Shown here: positions 62,841-64,000 of the stretch, one piece after another
How the letters are laid out: each line of letters opens with the position of its first letter
How positions within the stretch are numbered: position 1 is the first letter of the stretch
From: Acidimicrobiales bacterium
GTDB taxonomy: Bacteria > Actinomycetota > Acidimicrobiia > Acidimicrobiales > RAAP-2
Assembly: GCA_036502025.1 (NCBI GenBank)
Contig: DASXZJ010000090.1
Span: forward strand, 1,540 to 65,539
Reading direction: 5' to 3'
DNA: 64,000 nt
Translations under genes and position numbers: made by a program
Notes under the pieces: model-generated
Databases searched by the model: none
The model's input: the letters and a program-made list of their open reading frames with translations, nothing else
Told to the model about the DNA's origin: nothing

Positions 62841-63614
62841 CTACTTGCCCTGCCAGTTGGGGGCCCGCTTCTCCGCGAAGGCGACCGGGCCCTCCATGGC
62901 GTCGGCCGAGGAGAAGACCACGGCCACGGCCTCCGAATTGATCTTCCAGCCCTCGGCCTCGGAGACGTCGGCGGACCGCTTCATGACGTGCTTGGAGTAG
63001 CGGACGGCCAGCGGGGCGTTGGCGGCGATGCGCTCGGCCAGGGCGATGGCCTCGTCGAGCAGGGAGGCGGCGGGGACGACCATGTTGACCAGGCCGAGCG
63101 CCAGCGCACGCGGCGCGTCGATGGGGTCACCGGTCATGGCCAGCTCCAGGGCGATCGCCATGGGAAGCCGCTTGGGCATCCGGATGAGGCCGCCGGCCCC
63201 GGCGATCAGTCCCCGCTTGGCTTCGGGGATGCCGAAAGTGGCGTGCTCGGCGGCCACCACGAGATCGCAGGACAACATGATCTCGAAGCCCCCGGCCAGG
63301 GCCGAGCCGTTGACGGCGGCGATGATCGGCTTGTCGAATTCACGCGTGGTGAGCCCGGCGAACCCACCGGTGGCCCCGATGATGTCCGCCCCCTCGCCGC
63401 TGGAGAAGGCCTTGAGGTCCATGCCCGCGCTGAAAGCCTTGTCACCGCTCCCGGTGATCACCACCACCCAGCAGTCGGCGTCGTCACCCAGCTCGTCCAT
63501 GATGCCCGACATGGCCTTGCTCACCCCGCCGTTGATGGCGTTGCGCGCCTCGGGACGGTTGATGGTCAGGATCTCGATGTGGCCCCGACGCTCCCGCAAC
63601 ACTTCATCAGCCAT
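62841..63614 (-). CDS. echA: enoyl-CoA hydratase/isomerase (crotonase) family protein
   Basis: ILTINRPEARNAI, AFSAGMDLK, ALAGGFEIMLSCDLVVAAEHATFGIPEAKRGL. GAAGGGAG precedes the ATG. Confidence 0.85.
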   Translation of the reverse strand: MADEVLRERRGHIEILTINRPEARNAINGGVSKAMSGIMDELGDDADCWVVVITGSGDKAFSAGMDLKAFSSGEGADIIGATGGFAGLTTREFDKPIIAAVNGSALAGGFEIMLSCDLVVAAEHATFGIPEAKRGLIAGAGGLIRMPKRLPMAIALELAMTGDPIDAPRALALGLVNMVVPAASLLDEAIALAERIAANAPLAVRYSKHVMKRSADVSEAEGWKINSEAVAVVFSSADAMEGPVAFAEKRAPNWQGK

Positions 63615-63675
63615 GCGTGCTCCCTTCGCTCTCTGCCAGGCGGCGGGCCGAGGTTAGTGCGGCCGGCCCGGGTGG

Positions 63676-64000
63676 TCAGAGGGGCGTGGTCGGGTTGACC
63701 GGCTCGGGTTGGCTGACCGGTACCGACGGGTAGGTCTGCCCCTCGGCCAACATCGCCTCGCCCATGACCCGCGACCGGTTGCTGTAGCGCACGGTGAAGG
63801 CGAACATGGCGCCGATGGCCACCGCCGTGATGATCGGGGAGATGGAGAGGAAGACGCCGGTCGGCACGAAGGCGGCCAGGGTGAGACGGGTGCTGGCCTC
63901 GATGAGCAGGCCCACACCCCAGACCGCCGTCAGCACGCGGAAGGTGTGCCGGCCGGTCGGCAGTTCGTGCAACTCGTCGAAGGCGGCATTGCGCTCGGGA
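63676..64000 (-). CDS. hypothetical membrane protein (5' end beyond the window edge)
   Basis: The frame is open to nt 64000. Hydrophobic VLTAVWGVGLLIE and ISPIITAVAIGAMFAF. No family is recognised with confidence. Confidence 0.45.
   Translation of the reverse strand, partial: PERNAAFDELHELPTGRHTFRVLTAVWGVGLLIEASTRLTLAAFVPTGVFLSISPIITAVAIGAMFAFTVRYSNRSRVMGEAMLAEGQTYPSVPVSQPEPVNPTTPL

Noticed and set aside
62812-62841. Five degenerate hexamer repeats (GCCGCT GCGGCT GCCGCT ACCGCT ACCGCT) between echA and the small membrane-protein gene
   Set aside because: It is short and degenerate. On the minus strand it would read as an SG-repeat in frame with the downstream gene, but there is no start codon upstream. 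No evidence of function beyond low-complexity GC-rich spacer.
1-64000. Scan for rRNA, tRNA, tmRNA, transposase/integrase, phage or CRISPR-Cas content
   Set aside because: All intergenic gaps are under 170 nt and none shows a tRNA-like cloverleaf. No ORF shows DDE transposase, tyrosine or serine recombinase, or Cas hallmarks. The only Cas4-like motif set belongs to a solitary gene.

Overview
High-GC (about 70% by eye) actinobacterial chromosomal core segment. Lineage markers are mycothiol mshA, coproporphyrin-type heme genes, nuoA-N, ctaE-qcrCAB and ctaCDF. The GGYWLVAADGGVF repeat protein hints at an Acidimicrobiia-like lineage, but that is a guess. I call about 60 CDS. I saw no rRNA, tRNA, CRISPR array, transposase or integrase. 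Layout: (1) 1-10.4 kb holds mshA, proC, an HTH gene, a SAM hydroxide adenosyltransferase, then rex-hemA-hemC-cobA/hemD-hemB-hemL. (2) 10.4-15.9 kb holds accessory genes: a Cas4/RecB-like Fe-S protein, an L,D-transpeptidase with five 126-bp tandem repeats, a GNAT, an APH-like kinase and a geranylgeranyl/menaquinone reductase. (3) 16.0-31.9 kb is the complete nuoABCDEFGHIJKLMN operon, tightly coupled by ATGA/GTGA overlaps. (4) 31.9-41.1 kb is a visibly lower-GC envelope and signalling block. It holds an IPT/TIG secreted protein, a lipoprotein L,D-transpeptidase, a GAF-GGDEF protein, a PadR plus DUF1700/HAAS-like PASTA membrane partner, a 39-codon Cys-rich ORF, a 1050-aa MprF-like protein and a HAD phosphatase. 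(5) 41.1-46.4 kb is a minus-strand ybjQ-hemE-hemH-hemY-lnt-like operon. (6) 46.5-64 kb holds helD, ctaE-qcrCAB, four inserted accessory genes, ctaCDF, an MBL sulfatase-like gene, tatA and echA. The candidates most worth follow-up are the PadR-PASTA two-gene module, an Lnt homologue whose CN-hydrolase domain has no cysteine (Glu-Lys-Ser instead of Glu-Lys-Cys), the atypical MprF-like protein with its coupled zinc-ribbon-like mini-ORF, and His-rich tails on NuoD and CtaD. All homology calls are motif recognition by eye from the translations. No searches were run.
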